Virus record (IMG/VR): IMGVR_UViG_3300037504_000201
Location: 1 to 64,000 of that record
Length of the DNA stretch: 64,000 nucleotides
Direction: 5' to 3' (one strand)
Origin: a virus
Lineage: Duplodnaviria; Heunggongvirae; Uroviricota; Caudoviricetes
The translations under genes were made by a program, and so were the position numbers. Shown here piece after piece: positions 52,587-60,664 of the stretch. The notes under the pieces were generated by a model. It saw nothing but the letters and a program-made list of their open reading frames with translations. It searched no databases and was not told the DNA's origin. The first letter of the stretch is position 1. Every line of letters begins with the position of its first letter.

Positions 52587-52694
52587 ATCGCTCTCACCAC
52601 GGCAAAGCCCACACCAACATTTAGTAGGACGAATGCCCAAAAGTCGAGGCGCTTCCAGAACTCACGCACGCGCATCACAATGTAACACCCATCG

Positions 52695-53570
52695 CTAATC
52701 TCTTTTAGCTTGATCGTTCGCATTAAACACCACGTATGCAAAGACGCTCTCGGAGAACGTCTGTCTAAAATATGCCGGCGGCATGCGCCGGACGGCGCCG
52801 TCGTAGGCGTCCACAATGATAAACTCTAGCTCGTCCACTTCGTCTACGCCCACTACCAACACCCACGCCCGTCCCCCTTGGTCTCCCGACACTTGCAGCC
52901 CGACCAGCCCGCCGGCCTCAACCAACCGACTAAGGCGGTTGACGGGCAAAGGGGACGCCATCGTCGATTGATAATCTATATCGATATTGGGATAGGCCCG
53001 GTTGACGGCGGGCCAGTTGATGTCGGGCCTAAACGCATCGACTTGCAATAGCGTCGCGTTGGCGTCGAGGGGAGAGACCATAAAGCTACCCAATCGGCTG
53101 GCGGCCATAGCGACGGTCGTAACGGCGCCGCCGTGCGTGGCGAACGTCTCTGGCCCACCGCCCACCGGCTCGTCGGCCCAGCGCGTGTCGGTCTGGGCGA
53201 ACAAGTACAGCTCTTCGTGCGGGTGAAACAAGTCAATGAGACGACGAACACGCCTAATCTGCTCGTCAGCACGCGCCATTTGCGCAGCCAAGTCGGCCTG
53301 GTGCTCAAGCAAGTGCTGCTCCAGCGCCTGCAAGTCTTGAATGCCCAAATGCACCATCCCTCTAATATCGCTGTCCTCAGTCATTCGCTTGCACACCTCG
53401 CACAGCCGCTGAATGTGGACTACCTTGAGATTGGCGAAGGCGAGACGGGGATTGTCGTGCCCCATCGCGCTCAGCCGTTCAAGCGCCTCTTCCTCCGGCA
53501 GTGCAATCAGTTCGTGGTACAGCACATCTTCACTCGTCGTCACGGCGCACCACCGAGAACTCAACGTCAC
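52695..53570 (-). CDS. hypothetical protein
   Basis: 291-aa ORF. Start is uncertain (alternative GTG at 53543). Confidence 0.4.
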   Translation of the reverse strand: MTLSSRWCAVTTSEDVLYHELIALPEEEALERLSAMGHDNPRLAFANLKVVHIQRLCEVCKRMTEDSDIRGMVHLGIQDLQALEQHLLEHQADLAAQMARADEQIRRVRRLIDLFHPHEELYLFAQTDTRWADEPVGGGPETFATHGGAVTTVAMAASRLGSFMVSPLDANATLLQVDAFRPDINWPAVNRAYPNIDIDYQSTMASPLPVNRLSRLVEAGGLVGLQVSGDQGGRAWVLVVGVDEVDELEFIIVDAYDGAVRRMPPAYFRQTFSESVFAYVVFNANDQAKRD

Positions 53571-53733
53571 CTTGCACCATCAACACGTCAATGCCCGGCA
53601 GCGCCAGGCGCAACTCTTCGTAAAAGGCAACGGCGTGCTCGTGCTTCATGTCGCGCGGGATGCGCACCATGAGACGGTCACCCGGCCCAATGTCCAGCTT
53701 GGCAATCTCGACGGTCACAGCATCGATCTTCAT
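53530..53733 (-). CDS. hypothetical small protein
   Basis: TAAATG junction. Confidence 0.4.
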   Translation of the reverse strand: MKIDAVTVEIAKLDIGPGDRLMVRIPRDMKHEHAVAFYEELRLALPGIDVLMVQGDVEFSVVRRDDE

Positions 53734-54300
53734 TTAGTCCTCGTCTGGGTGCTCTCTCATATAATGCGCAAAATCTGCACTCATCTCTCGATTGCGCCGC
53801 TCAAGATGCGCAATCTCTTTAACGTACCCATCGAGGTTGTCTTGCAGCCTCTCGTTAATCGCCTTATATCTTTCGCACTCTCGTTTCAATTCTTCAACGC
53901 GCTGCGACCATTCTTCGGCGGTGTAGAGACTGCGAACGGCTTTTACTTTCCCGTCCTTATCAAAGCAATAAACGAATCCCTCCGGCGCGTTCTCTGAGCA
54001 CACGGCATTTTTTACAAAGTGCAGCACTTCAGGCGCACACCATACCCGATCCGCAATGTGCTGCATTGCCGATAGCGCTTCGTGGACATTGACGAACGGC
54101 ATGAACTTTATTATGTACGTATACATATCGTAGGACCGCCAAGTCTTCGTCTTTTCTTTTTTTATCAACTTAAAGCACGGCCCAACACTATCGTCTGAGA
54201 CAATAGCGCTCATCGCCTCTTGCGTTGTTAGGATGGTCGCGCCTTTGTCGTCGTGGCAAATGACGGTAAAATCGTTGACTAGGTCATATCTTGGTGTCAT
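53734..54300 (-). CDS. hypothetical protein with C-terminal coiled coil (lower GC)
   Basis: RBS AGGTGG. Confidence 0.45.
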   Translation of the reverse strand: MTPRYDLVNDFTVICHDDKGATILTTQEAMSAIVSDDSVGPCFKLIKKEKTKTWRSYDMYTYIIKFMPFVNVHEALSAMQHIADRVWCAPEVLHFVKNAVCSENAPEGFVYCFDKDGKVKAVRSLYTAEEWSQRVEELKRECERYKAINERLQDNLDGYVKEIAHLERRNREMSADFAHYMREHPDED

Positions 54301-54354
54301 GGTCTATCTACCACCTAAACGGATTGAGATTAAATCTAGTATCCATATCAATGC

Positions 54355-54927
54355 TCATTCCACCCTCGCCGTCACAATGCCGCGCTGGCGCTGATACTTG
54401 CCATTCTTGTCGGCGTAGCTCCGGGCGCACTCGCTCGACGCGCGCTGGAACAGCACTTGCGCGATGCCCTCGCCGGCGTAAATCTTGGCCGGGAGCCGCG
54501 CGGTGTTGCTGATCTCAAGCGTCGCATAGCCTTCCCACTCTGGCTCAAAGGGCGTTACATTCACAATAATACCACAACGCGCATAGGTGCTCTTGCCCAA
54601 ACAGATCGTCAGTATATCGCGTGGTACTCTAAAATACTCGACGGTGCGGGCCAACACGAACGAGTTAGGCGGGATGATGCAATATGGTCCCTGGTGTCGC
54701 TCCAACAGCTCCGGGTTAAACGCCTTGGGATCGACGATGGAACCGCCGTTGTAGCTGGGCCTAAACACATCGAATTCATCCGCCACCCGGATGTCATAGC
54801 CATAGCTTGACAGTCCGTAGCTGATCACGCCGCCGCGTATCTGCTCCGGCACGAACGGCTCTATCATCGGCGGGTCAGCGTTGCATCGTCGCTTGATCTC
54901 GTGGTCGGGAAGTAAGCCGTTAGTCAT
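54355..54927 (-). CDS. dcd: dCTP deaminase
   Basis: [35 protein letters not shown] match the Dcd family. RBS GGGAGGA. Confidence 0.85.
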   Translation of the reverse strand: MTNGLLPDHEIKRRCNADPPMIEPFVPEQIRGGVISYGLSSYGYDIRVADEFDVFRPSYNGGSIVDPKAFNPELLERHQGPYCIIPPNSFVLARTVEYFRVPRDILTICLGKSTYARCGIIVNVTPFEPEWEGYATLEISNTARLPAKIYAGEGIAQVLFQRASSECARSYADKNGKYQRQRGIVTARVE

Positions 54928-55232
54928 TTACTAGCATCCTCCCAGGCGTCCACCGCTTTTCTCGCTATCATGAACGTATCAATGCCCATGCCGAACAATA
55001 ACGACGTTTTTACGTCTGGCAAAAAGCTATAAATTCTCTCTCTCAGAAAATCGCCAGACGTTCCGCCGAACTGCCTTGGTAGACAAATGATCAGCTCGTC
55101 ACCAGGACTAATAAGCTCGCCAATTTCGGAGATGATAAACGCAGCCGCGTCCGCATGATCACTAAAAGAATGGCACGTTACAACAAACGCCATCCCGGAT
55201 TTTGTAGGTATCACATTGTACCCGTCACTCAT
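54924..55232 (-). CDS. hypothetical protein
   Basis: ATGA coupling with RBS GGAAGG. Confidence 0.4.
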   Translation of the reverse strand: MSDGYNVIPTKSGMAFVVTCHSFSDHADAAAFIISEIGELISPGDELIICLPRQFGGTSGDFLRERIYSFLPDVKTSLLFGMGIDTFMIARKAVDAWEDASK

Positions 55233-55690
55233 CCAGGGTCCCATCCTTCCAGCGGCACCAGCCAGCTCGCCGGGTTGGTCAGCTTGACCAGCTCTATGCC
55301 GATCTCGTGTAGCAAGTCGCGCGGCCAGCTCTTGCGGTCCAGCTCGGCACGCGTGCGCGCCAGCTCGCCGAACGGGACGAGCAAGGCCACGCCTCGGTCG
55401 CGCGGGGCGTAGAACTCGAAGGCGGCCCACGTACTGGCGGTGGTGGCGTGACACGTCGCCAGTGCAGTCCACTGCTCATCGCTGAATGTGTCCGTAAAAT
55501 TGACGCTCGTCACCGGCTCCTTGCACGTCTTGCACTCACAAAAGAATCCTTTGCCGTTGACGAGACATCCCAATAGGTCGATTGGGTTTTTTAGCCCTCT
55601 ATAATCCGTCGGGCGATGCACCCAAGCAACCATCGGGGACGCCTGGAAGCAATTCTTCATCTCGGTCTCAAAACTGCTGTGGCGACTCAT
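55229..55690 (-). CDS. PD-(D/E)xK nuclease (Hjc/RecU-like resolvase candidate)
   Basis: Leaderless start. IDLLGCL...FFCECK fits the D...ExK motif. Confidence 0.4.
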   Translation of the reverse strand: MSRHSSFETEMKNCFQASPMVAWVHRPTDYRGLKNPIDLLGCLVNGKGFFCECKTCKEPVTSVNFTDTFSDEQWTALATCHATTASTWAAFEFYAPRDRGVALLVPFGELARTRAELDRKSWPRDLLHEIGIELVKLTNPASWLVPLEGWDPG

Positions 55691-55696
55691 ATTACA

Positions 55697-55726
55697 AGTA
55701 TACACCATACCGTGTATGGTTGTCAA
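55697..55726 (-). promoter_or_regulatory. leaderless promoter class C, copy 2
   Basis: TTGACA-ACCATACACGGTATGGTG-TATACT-TGTAAT-ATG. Confidence 0.7.
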
Positions 55727-55747
55727 CGGGCGGGAATGGTAAAAGTG

Positions 55748-55855
55748 TACACGGTTCCGTGTAACTTAGCCGACTTAGTTTTAGCTCTTAAAACATTATA
55801 TATATATTTTAAGGGAATCAATTATGTCAAATTGATTGCTCTTGAATGCACTAGG
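55748..55855. repeat. AT-rich palindromic element, copy 7 (hairpin-extension type)
   Basis: TACACGGTTCCGTGTA, CTTAGCCGACTTAGTTTTAGCTC, spacer, arm GAATCAATTATGTCAAATTGATT, extension TGAATGCACTAG. The minus-strand TTGACA-18-TATATATA is in sense. Confidence 0.75.
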
Positions 55856-55888
55856 CGAGTGAGCAAGTGTAAGTGTCGGGTCGGGGAA

Positions 55889-55918
55889 TAAAAAAAGCCC
55901 CGCCGGGGGTGGCGGGGT
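55889..55918 (-). terminator. rho-independent terminator
   Basis: On the minus RNA: CCCCGCC-ACCCCC-GGCGGGGC, then UUUUUUUAUU. Confidence 0.7.
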
Positions 55919-55937
55919 TGGGGTTGGTACGGCGTGG

Positions 55938-56408
55938 CTATTTGTCGATAAGCATCTCTTCCAGTTCGTCCCACATCTCGGACGCCAGTTCATCCCGGTA
56001 AAACCAGGCGCTTTCTTCCTCGATCTGCTCGTCCGTCAGCGCTGGGACGCGGATGATAACGCCGTTCGATTGGTAGCGGTTGCCGATCTGGGCGCTCGAC
56101 AGCACGCGATAGGCGCCGTCGTCGAACAGCTCGGCGGCGTAGTACTCGCCATTCGCCGCTGCTTGCGTGCTCTTGACGATAGTCGGCACAAAGTCAATGC
56201 TATCGATGAATGCCCTCAGCGCCCACTTGAGCGCGGCAAAGCGCTGTCCGCGAAGGTGGGATGCGTAGTGTCTCAGCGCGTCGTCGATGATTGCCACGCG
56301 GTCGCCGTGCTGCCCGGCATCGCGGTGGGTCAGCACGGCAAGCTCGTCGAATAAGTCAGCGCGGTTGTCTGCCGCGCTGTAAACGTTGGTGTATCCGTTG
56401 CTGGACAT
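55938..56408 (-). CDS. hypothetical protein
   Basis: TAATG coupling. Confidence 0.45.
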   Translation of the reverse strand: MSSNGYTNVYSAADNRADLFDELAVLTHRDAGQHGDRVAIIDDALRHYASHLRGQRFAALKWALRAFIDSIDFVPTIVKSTQAAANGEYYAAELFDDGAYRVLSSAQIGNRYQSNGVIIRVPALTDEQIEEESAWFYRDELASEMWDELEEMLIDK

Positions 56409-56695
56409 TAGAGCCACTTCTTCGTTGAGATGGCACCATCTGCGCTCTCGACAACGCTGACGCGGCGATTCACATCGGCCATGTATGGTCGACCGTGCTG
56501 GTCAACGTGGACCCAGCCGCGCCGCTTGACTTCAATGCCGTTTTTGTGCGCCCAATCGCGCATCCGGCGCTTGAAGCTCTCGACATCGGATTGAGTCGGA
56601 GCGATGACCTTTTCAAGGTTGACGCCACGGTCAACTTGCACGCCACTCAAGCGCGCATGGTATAAGCACTTTTGATTTTGATTACAAACACACAT
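56408..56695 (-). CDS. hypothetical Cys-rich protein
   Basis: RBS AAAAAGGAGATTGAG. N-terminus MCVCNQNQKC. Confidence 0.45.
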   Translation of the reverse strand: MCVCNQNQKCLYHARLSGVQVDRGVNLEKVIAPTQSDVESFKRRMRDWAHKNGIEVKRRGWVHVDQHGRPYMADVNRRVSVVESADGAISTKKWL

Positions 56696-56807
56696 CTCAA
56701 TCTCCTTTTTCATTCTAGCGATCCCCCATTACCGCATCGTTTTCAGCGGCACCCGCACGGCGCGGGCTGTAGGGCCAACCCTGCTTGTTAGGCGGGGGTT
56801 TTAGATA
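56696..56807 (-). ncRNA. conserved structured RNA leader, copy A
   Basis: 90-nt repeat with multi-hairpin potential. Compensatory changes relative to copy B. Confidence 0.4.
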
Positions 56808-57017
56808 TTAGTCCAAGTGAGTCGCTTCATTCGCCCATGTGGCGACGTGGGCCGAGTACACCTGCCCGCATCGCGTGCAACGCGCGGCATAGCTACGCTG
56901 CTGCGGGACGAATCCAGCCTTGCGAAAGCCGCGTCCGTGCTCCCAGTACCCGTCTTCGACGGGCGCGCCACATTCGCATTTGCCATTTACCAACTCATCG
57001 GTTGATTTGACCTTCAT
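56808..57017 (-). CDS. zinc-ribbon protein (CxC...CxxC)
   Basis: RBS AAAAGGAGAGATTGAA. GKCECG and CTRCG motifs. Confidence 0.45.
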   Translation of the reverse strand: MKVKSTDELVNGKCECGAPVEDGYWEHGRGFRKAGFVPQQRSYAARCTRCGQVYSAHVATWANEATHLD

Positions 57018-57136
57018 TTCAATCTCTCCTTTTCTCATCAAGGCGATCCCCCATTACCGCATCGACTTTTCAGCGGCACCCGCACGGCGCGGGCTGTGGG
57101 GCCAACCCCGCTGGCTAGGCGGGGGTTTTGGAATTT
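57018..57136 (-). ncRNA. conserved structured RNA leader, copy B
   Basis: Near-identical to copy A, with a covarying GGGG-UUGG-CCCC versus AGGG-UUGG-CCCU stem. Confidence 0.4.
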
Positions 57137-57607
57137 CTAGGCGGGCCAATCCACAACCCACCAAGAGCCATCAATGAAGTATGCGCTAAACCAGCGGTCG
57201 CGGTCTCCGCCATCCTCGACATCGCGGGTCATATCGAGGCACTCGTGCACCCAGTAGGCATTGGGCACATCGTCCTCGCTCGCCAGCTCGCGCCAGGCTT
57301 GGACGTCTTGGGCGAAGCCGAGAGGAACATAGACTCGGCTCAGTGAGTGGGCAATTAAGTCACCCTGGCGTTGACCGCACCCAGCTATGACGGGCTCATA
57401 CTGCTCACCCGCAACAAGACGGCCTATCTCGATATTCACCATCTTGAAGCCGTCGTTTTCCCCGACGGCCAGAGCGATGGTGTGGGGTGCGCCCTTACTC
57501 AGCGACGCGAAGGAGATCATCTCCTCGCCATCATTGAATAGCATGTCCGCACAAACCCACCGCCACGGCAAATAACCTAATCTCATTGATAACTTTTCCA
57601 CGTTCAT
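57137..57607 (-). CDS. hypothetical protein
   Basis: RBS AAAGGAAG, 4 nt before the ATG. Confidence 0.45.
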   Translation of the reverse strand: MNVEKLSMRLGYLPWRWVCADMLFNDGEEMISFASLSKGAPHTIALAVGENDGFKMVNIEIGRLVAGEQYEPVIAGCGQRQGDLIAHSLSRVYVPLGFAQDVQAWRELASEDDVPNAYWVHECLDMTRDVEDGGDRDRWFSAYFIDGSWWVVDWPA

Positions 57608-57719
57608 CTTACTTCCTTTCTGCCGGTTTCTCGCGCACTCCGGCAAACGCTATCGGCCTTGCCACATCAGCTCCGGGCGGCCATCCCCGACGGACGCGGG
57701 CGCGTTGCCCGCGTTTCGG

Positions 57720-57947
57720 CTAGCGCTTTTTCAATTCGCGCCAAACGTCATCCTCAATCTTGGCATGAATGAAGCGCTTTTCGCCCTCATCGTACTCAAT
57801 CCCCTGCTCGCGACACCTCTTTTCCCAGCTATTCAAAACACCTTCGACGTATAGGCCAATGGACCAATCGAGAAATTCAGCAATGCTGAATGGGCTATCT
57901 TCCATCGCGCTATCGGCCACGCTGGCTAGCTTGTCAATGCTAGTCAT
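57720..57947 (-). CDS. hypothetical protein
   Basis: Internal Met overlapping the upstream stop. Confidence 0.35.
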   Translation of the reverse strand: MTSIDKLASVADSAMEDSPFSIAEFLDWSIGLYVEGVLNSWEKRCREQGIEYDEGEKRFIHAKIEDDVWRELKKR

Positions 57948-58131
57948 AATCCAGCCGTCCGCCGTGGACGGCCCAACGCTCGGCGTCTTCGACCTCGACG
58001 CGCAGCTTCTTGCCGCGCTTCCAGCCGATCTGCTCGGATGCATCGGCGCCGACGCGCTTGAACTTGTCCGACGCTCCGGCAGCGCTGATGCTACCGCTTC
58101 CATCGCCCTTGATCTTGATTACTGCCTTCAT
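57940..58131 (-). CDS. hypothetical protein
   Basis: RBS TAGGAGGAACAG. Confidence 0.45.
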   Translation of the reverse strand: MKAVIKIKGDGSGSISAAGASDKFKRVGADASEQIGWKRGKKLRVEVEDAERWAVHGGRLDYD

Positions 58132-58140
58132 CTGTTCCTC

Positions 58141-58380
58141 CTATCGATTTCCCGCGAACAAGGAGCGCGCCCACTCCTCGTCCGTCTGCGGCTTCTCATT
58201 CTCTCGTTCTGCGCGCGCTTGGCGCTGAATATCACGCGCGCGCTCTAACTCTTCCTCGCTCAGCCGGCACCACTCGTGGCGCCAAGCGCTGGACAACCCG
58301 TGCTGCTGAGCTTGCCCGGTCTCGATTTGCTCGCGGGTGACCGGCTTGCCGCACTTGCGGCACTTGCGCTCGTATATCAT
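58141..58380 (-). CDS. zinc-ribbon protein
   Basis: TAGATG junction with RBS AAGGAG. CRKCG...C motifs. Confidence 0.45.
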   Translation of the reverse strand: MIYERKCRKCGKPVTREQIETGQAQQHGLSSAWRHEWCRLSEEELERARDIQRQARAERENEKPQTDEEWARSLFAGNR

Positions 58381-58839
58381 CTACTCAATCTCCTTAATCG
58401 CGCTCAAGTCCCAGACCACCAGGTTGTAGCTCTGTTGCTGCCACATCCCCTTGTAGCCCAGGTCCTTGAGCCAGTTGGTCGTCATTTGCCAGATCGCGTC
58501 GTCCTCGTGCGCGAACTGGCTAACGAATTCGTCGGCCTTTGCGGTGGGCTGCCCATCGGCTACCCAGCCGTTGGCTTCCAGCCACTCGCCAAAGCCGGCG
58601 ATCTCGGTGGGATTGACGGCGATGTCGTCCATTTCTACCGTGACCTGCACTACGGGCTGAATCCCGTAGTGCCCGAAGATTTGGCCTTCCCAGTATTCGG
58701 GGTTCTGGCTCAGATAGACGCCTTGCCCCATCTGGGTGCCGCCCTTGCTTCCGGCTTGGCTTGCGCTGAAGCCATTGGCGCGGATGCTCTTGGCTGATTC
58801 TTCGGTCGTTATGTGGTAGAATTTCTTGGTCGCCATTTG
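58381..58839 (-). CDS. ADP-ribosyltransferase-like (H-Y-E type) protein, tentative
   Basis: RBS AGGAGA. FYHITTEE...GVYLSQNPEYWEG...VEMDD is consistent with H/Y/E ART or Tpt1-like folds. Confidence 0.3.
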   Translation of the reverse strand, partial: QMATKKFYHITTEESAKSIRANGFSASQAGSKGGTQMGQGVYLSQNPEYWEGQIFGHYGIQPVVQVTVEMDDIAVNPTEIAGFGEWLEANGWVADGQPTAKADEFVSQFAHEDDAIWQMTTNWLKDLGYKGMWQQQSYNLVVWDLSAIKEIE

Positions 58840-58875
58840 CCGTCTCCTAGTTGGTCCATCTCCTAACCTGGCTAT

Positions 58876-58904
58876 AGTATACCACACATTCTAGAATATG
58901 TCAA
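58876..58904 (-). promoter_or_regulatory. sigma70-type promoter class A, copy 3
   Basis: TTGACA-TATTCTAGAATGTGTGG-TATACT. Same ATTCTAGAAT palindrome and upstream CAATTG as the copies at 2156 and 3025. Confidence 0.65.
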
Positions 58905-58945
58905 GTAAGTGGTGGCAATTGGTCTAAGTTTTTAAGGTTCGGTAG

Positions 58946-59036
58946 AATTCAATTTGACATAATTGATCGGCTTAAAACATATATTATATATTTTAAAAGA
59001 ATCAATTATGTCAAATTGATTGTGCGTGAATGCACT
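58946..59036. repeat. AT-rich palindromic element, copy 8 (complete two-arm copy)
   Basis: Left arm ATTCAATTTGACATAATTGATCGG, spacer, right arm GAATCAATTATGTCAAATTGATT plus GTGCGTGAATGCACTAG. Minus-strand TTGACA-18-TATATAAT. Confidence 0.8.
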
Positions 59037-59056
59037 AGATTGCGATGCAATAGGAA

Positions 59057-60664
59057 TTATACCCAACCCATAAGGACGGCGTTGTCGCCTTCGAGGGCGA
59101 AGGATAGCGCCAGGGCGTCGGCTTTATCTGGGGATCGTCCGAGGGAATCGCGCATCTTGTCTTTAGGCGTGATGCGTCGCACGCCACCTTTGTTCTCGTA
59201 CTGGATCGCCGTCAGCTCTTGCGCCAGTTGGTCGTCTGGCGGCAGCATCGCCGTAGGGTCGTCGTGAAGCCAGCGGCGCACCTGGTCGAATAGATAGGCG
59301 CGCAGGTCATAGTAGGCGGTGACGCCATCCTCGTTGGGTGGTGACTTCCAGCTTACCTTGACGCCCAGCACCTGCGTCTCGGCGAACGGCACGCGCTCGG
59401 AGCGGGCGAGGCCGGCAATCTCTTGTATCCTCTCAATCTCTTCGCGCATCCTTGGCGCCACACCGGCACCAACTCCCACGGCGTCCACGGCCACGGCGGC
59501 GGGGTGCACGTTGGCCAGGCGCATCGTCGCCTCTTTCGCCGTCTCGTTGGGGTCGATGCCGTTCCACAGCTCAAGCGGCGCCACCCACCCACCGTAGCGC
59601 TTGCACAGACAGTTAAAGTCGGCGCCAAACTCGGCGATGTCCAGCCCGACCAGCGGCGCGATGCCAGGCGGTTGGTCGCCCACCAGCTCTTGCCTCAGCT
59701 TCCATCGCCCCATCGCGCGCGTTACGTCGCTTTCGGGGATGAGCTGATTGAGCGACTGGCCGGGGAAGCGGGCCAGAACGATGTAGGAGAGTTGCGGGTC
59801 TTCGACTTTGCGCCACCCGGCGCCGACCTGGTCTGCTAAAAAGTCGGGCACCTTAAAATATTCAAGCTCGGCCTCGTCGAACTTTTCTCCGTCAACAACC
59901 GGGCGCGACCACTTTTCTATGCGCCGGATCGTTCGTCGTCTCGTCACGGCCCCGCCGGGGATCACTGTCTCGCCGGTGATGACGTTAGGATGGGAGAAGG
60001 CGTCGAGGGTGACGACGTGGGCGCCTTGGGTGATGAGCTTGTAGGCCGGTGAATTCTTGGACCTCGGGTTGAACATCACAAGCAGCCGGGCGAACCCGCC
60101 GCTCATACACGACTCAATGCCGCGATACACCTCTTCGGGCACCGCATCCCCTTCGTCAATGATAAAGAGAAGGAAGGGAGCGTGCTTGCCGGCAAACTTG
60201 GCTTCACGTTCTGCGCTGGATCCGCTCGTCGGGATCGCCACACCGTCAAACCACCAGTTAGGCCCGGCAGCGATGTGCATGGTGTGCACGTCGCAATCAT
60301 TGAACAGCTCCGGATGGTCCATAACGCGCTGGTCCACCTCGCCCCACAGCAGGCGCTGGAGGTTGTCAAGTGGCGGGGCAGCAGCGCTGACGATCTTGGA
60401 GTTGGTGAGGCAGCGGAAGAACCACACGCCCACGTCGGCGGCGATAAACGTCTTGCCGACGGCATTAGCCGACTTGACGACGGTGACGCGGTGGTCGACG
60501 ACGGACTGCAGTACCTCGGCTTGCCCGTCGGTGACGTGGTGGCCCAGTACGCGCCGGGAGAAGCCGATAGGGTCGAAGGCCCAGGCGGACCATTCGTTGG
60601 GGGAGAGGCGTTTTAGCCCGGCGACGGCCTCGCGCTGAAGAAGGTAGCGGTCATTCCTCGCCAT
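59057..60664 (-). CDS. terminase large subunit
   Basis: Walker A KSANAVGKT. About 535 aa with a nuclease-like C-terminus. Overlaps the small subunit gene. Confidence 0.75.
   Translation of the reverse strand: MARNDRYLLQREAVAGLKRLSPNEWSAWAFDPIGFSRRVLGHHVTDGQAEVLQSVVDHRVTVVKSANAVGKTFIAADVGVWFFRCLTNSKIVSAAAPPLDNLQRLLWGEVDQRVMDHPELFNDCDVHTMHIAAGPNWWFDGVAIPTSGSSAEREAKFAGKHAPFLLFIIDEGDAVPEEVYRGIESCMSGGFARLLVMFNPRSKNSPAYKLITQGAHVVTLDAFSHPNVITGETVIPGGAVTRRRTIRRIEKWSRPVVDGEKFDEAELEYFKVPDFLADQVGAGWRKVEDPQLSYIVLARFPGQSLNQLIPESDVTRAMGRWKLRQELVGDQPPGIAPLVGLDIAEFGADFNCLCKRYGGWVAPLELWNGIDPNETAKEATMRLANVHPAAVAVDAVGVGAGVAPRMREEIERIQEIAGLARSERVPFAETQVLGVKVSWKSPPNEDGVTAYYDLRAYLFDQVRRWLHDDPTAMLPPDDQLAQELTAIQYENKGGVRRITPKDKMRDSLGRSPDKADALALSFALEGDNAVLMGWV

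Noticed and set aside
57040-57136. The duplicated about 90-bp repeats as + strand intrinsic terminators or small + strand RNA genes.
   Set aside because: The + strand shows a GC hairpin plus TTTT. But no + strand promoter was found upstream, and all flanking genes are on the - strand. A - strand leader or intergenic RNA element is preferred, though + strand antisense RNA is not excluded.
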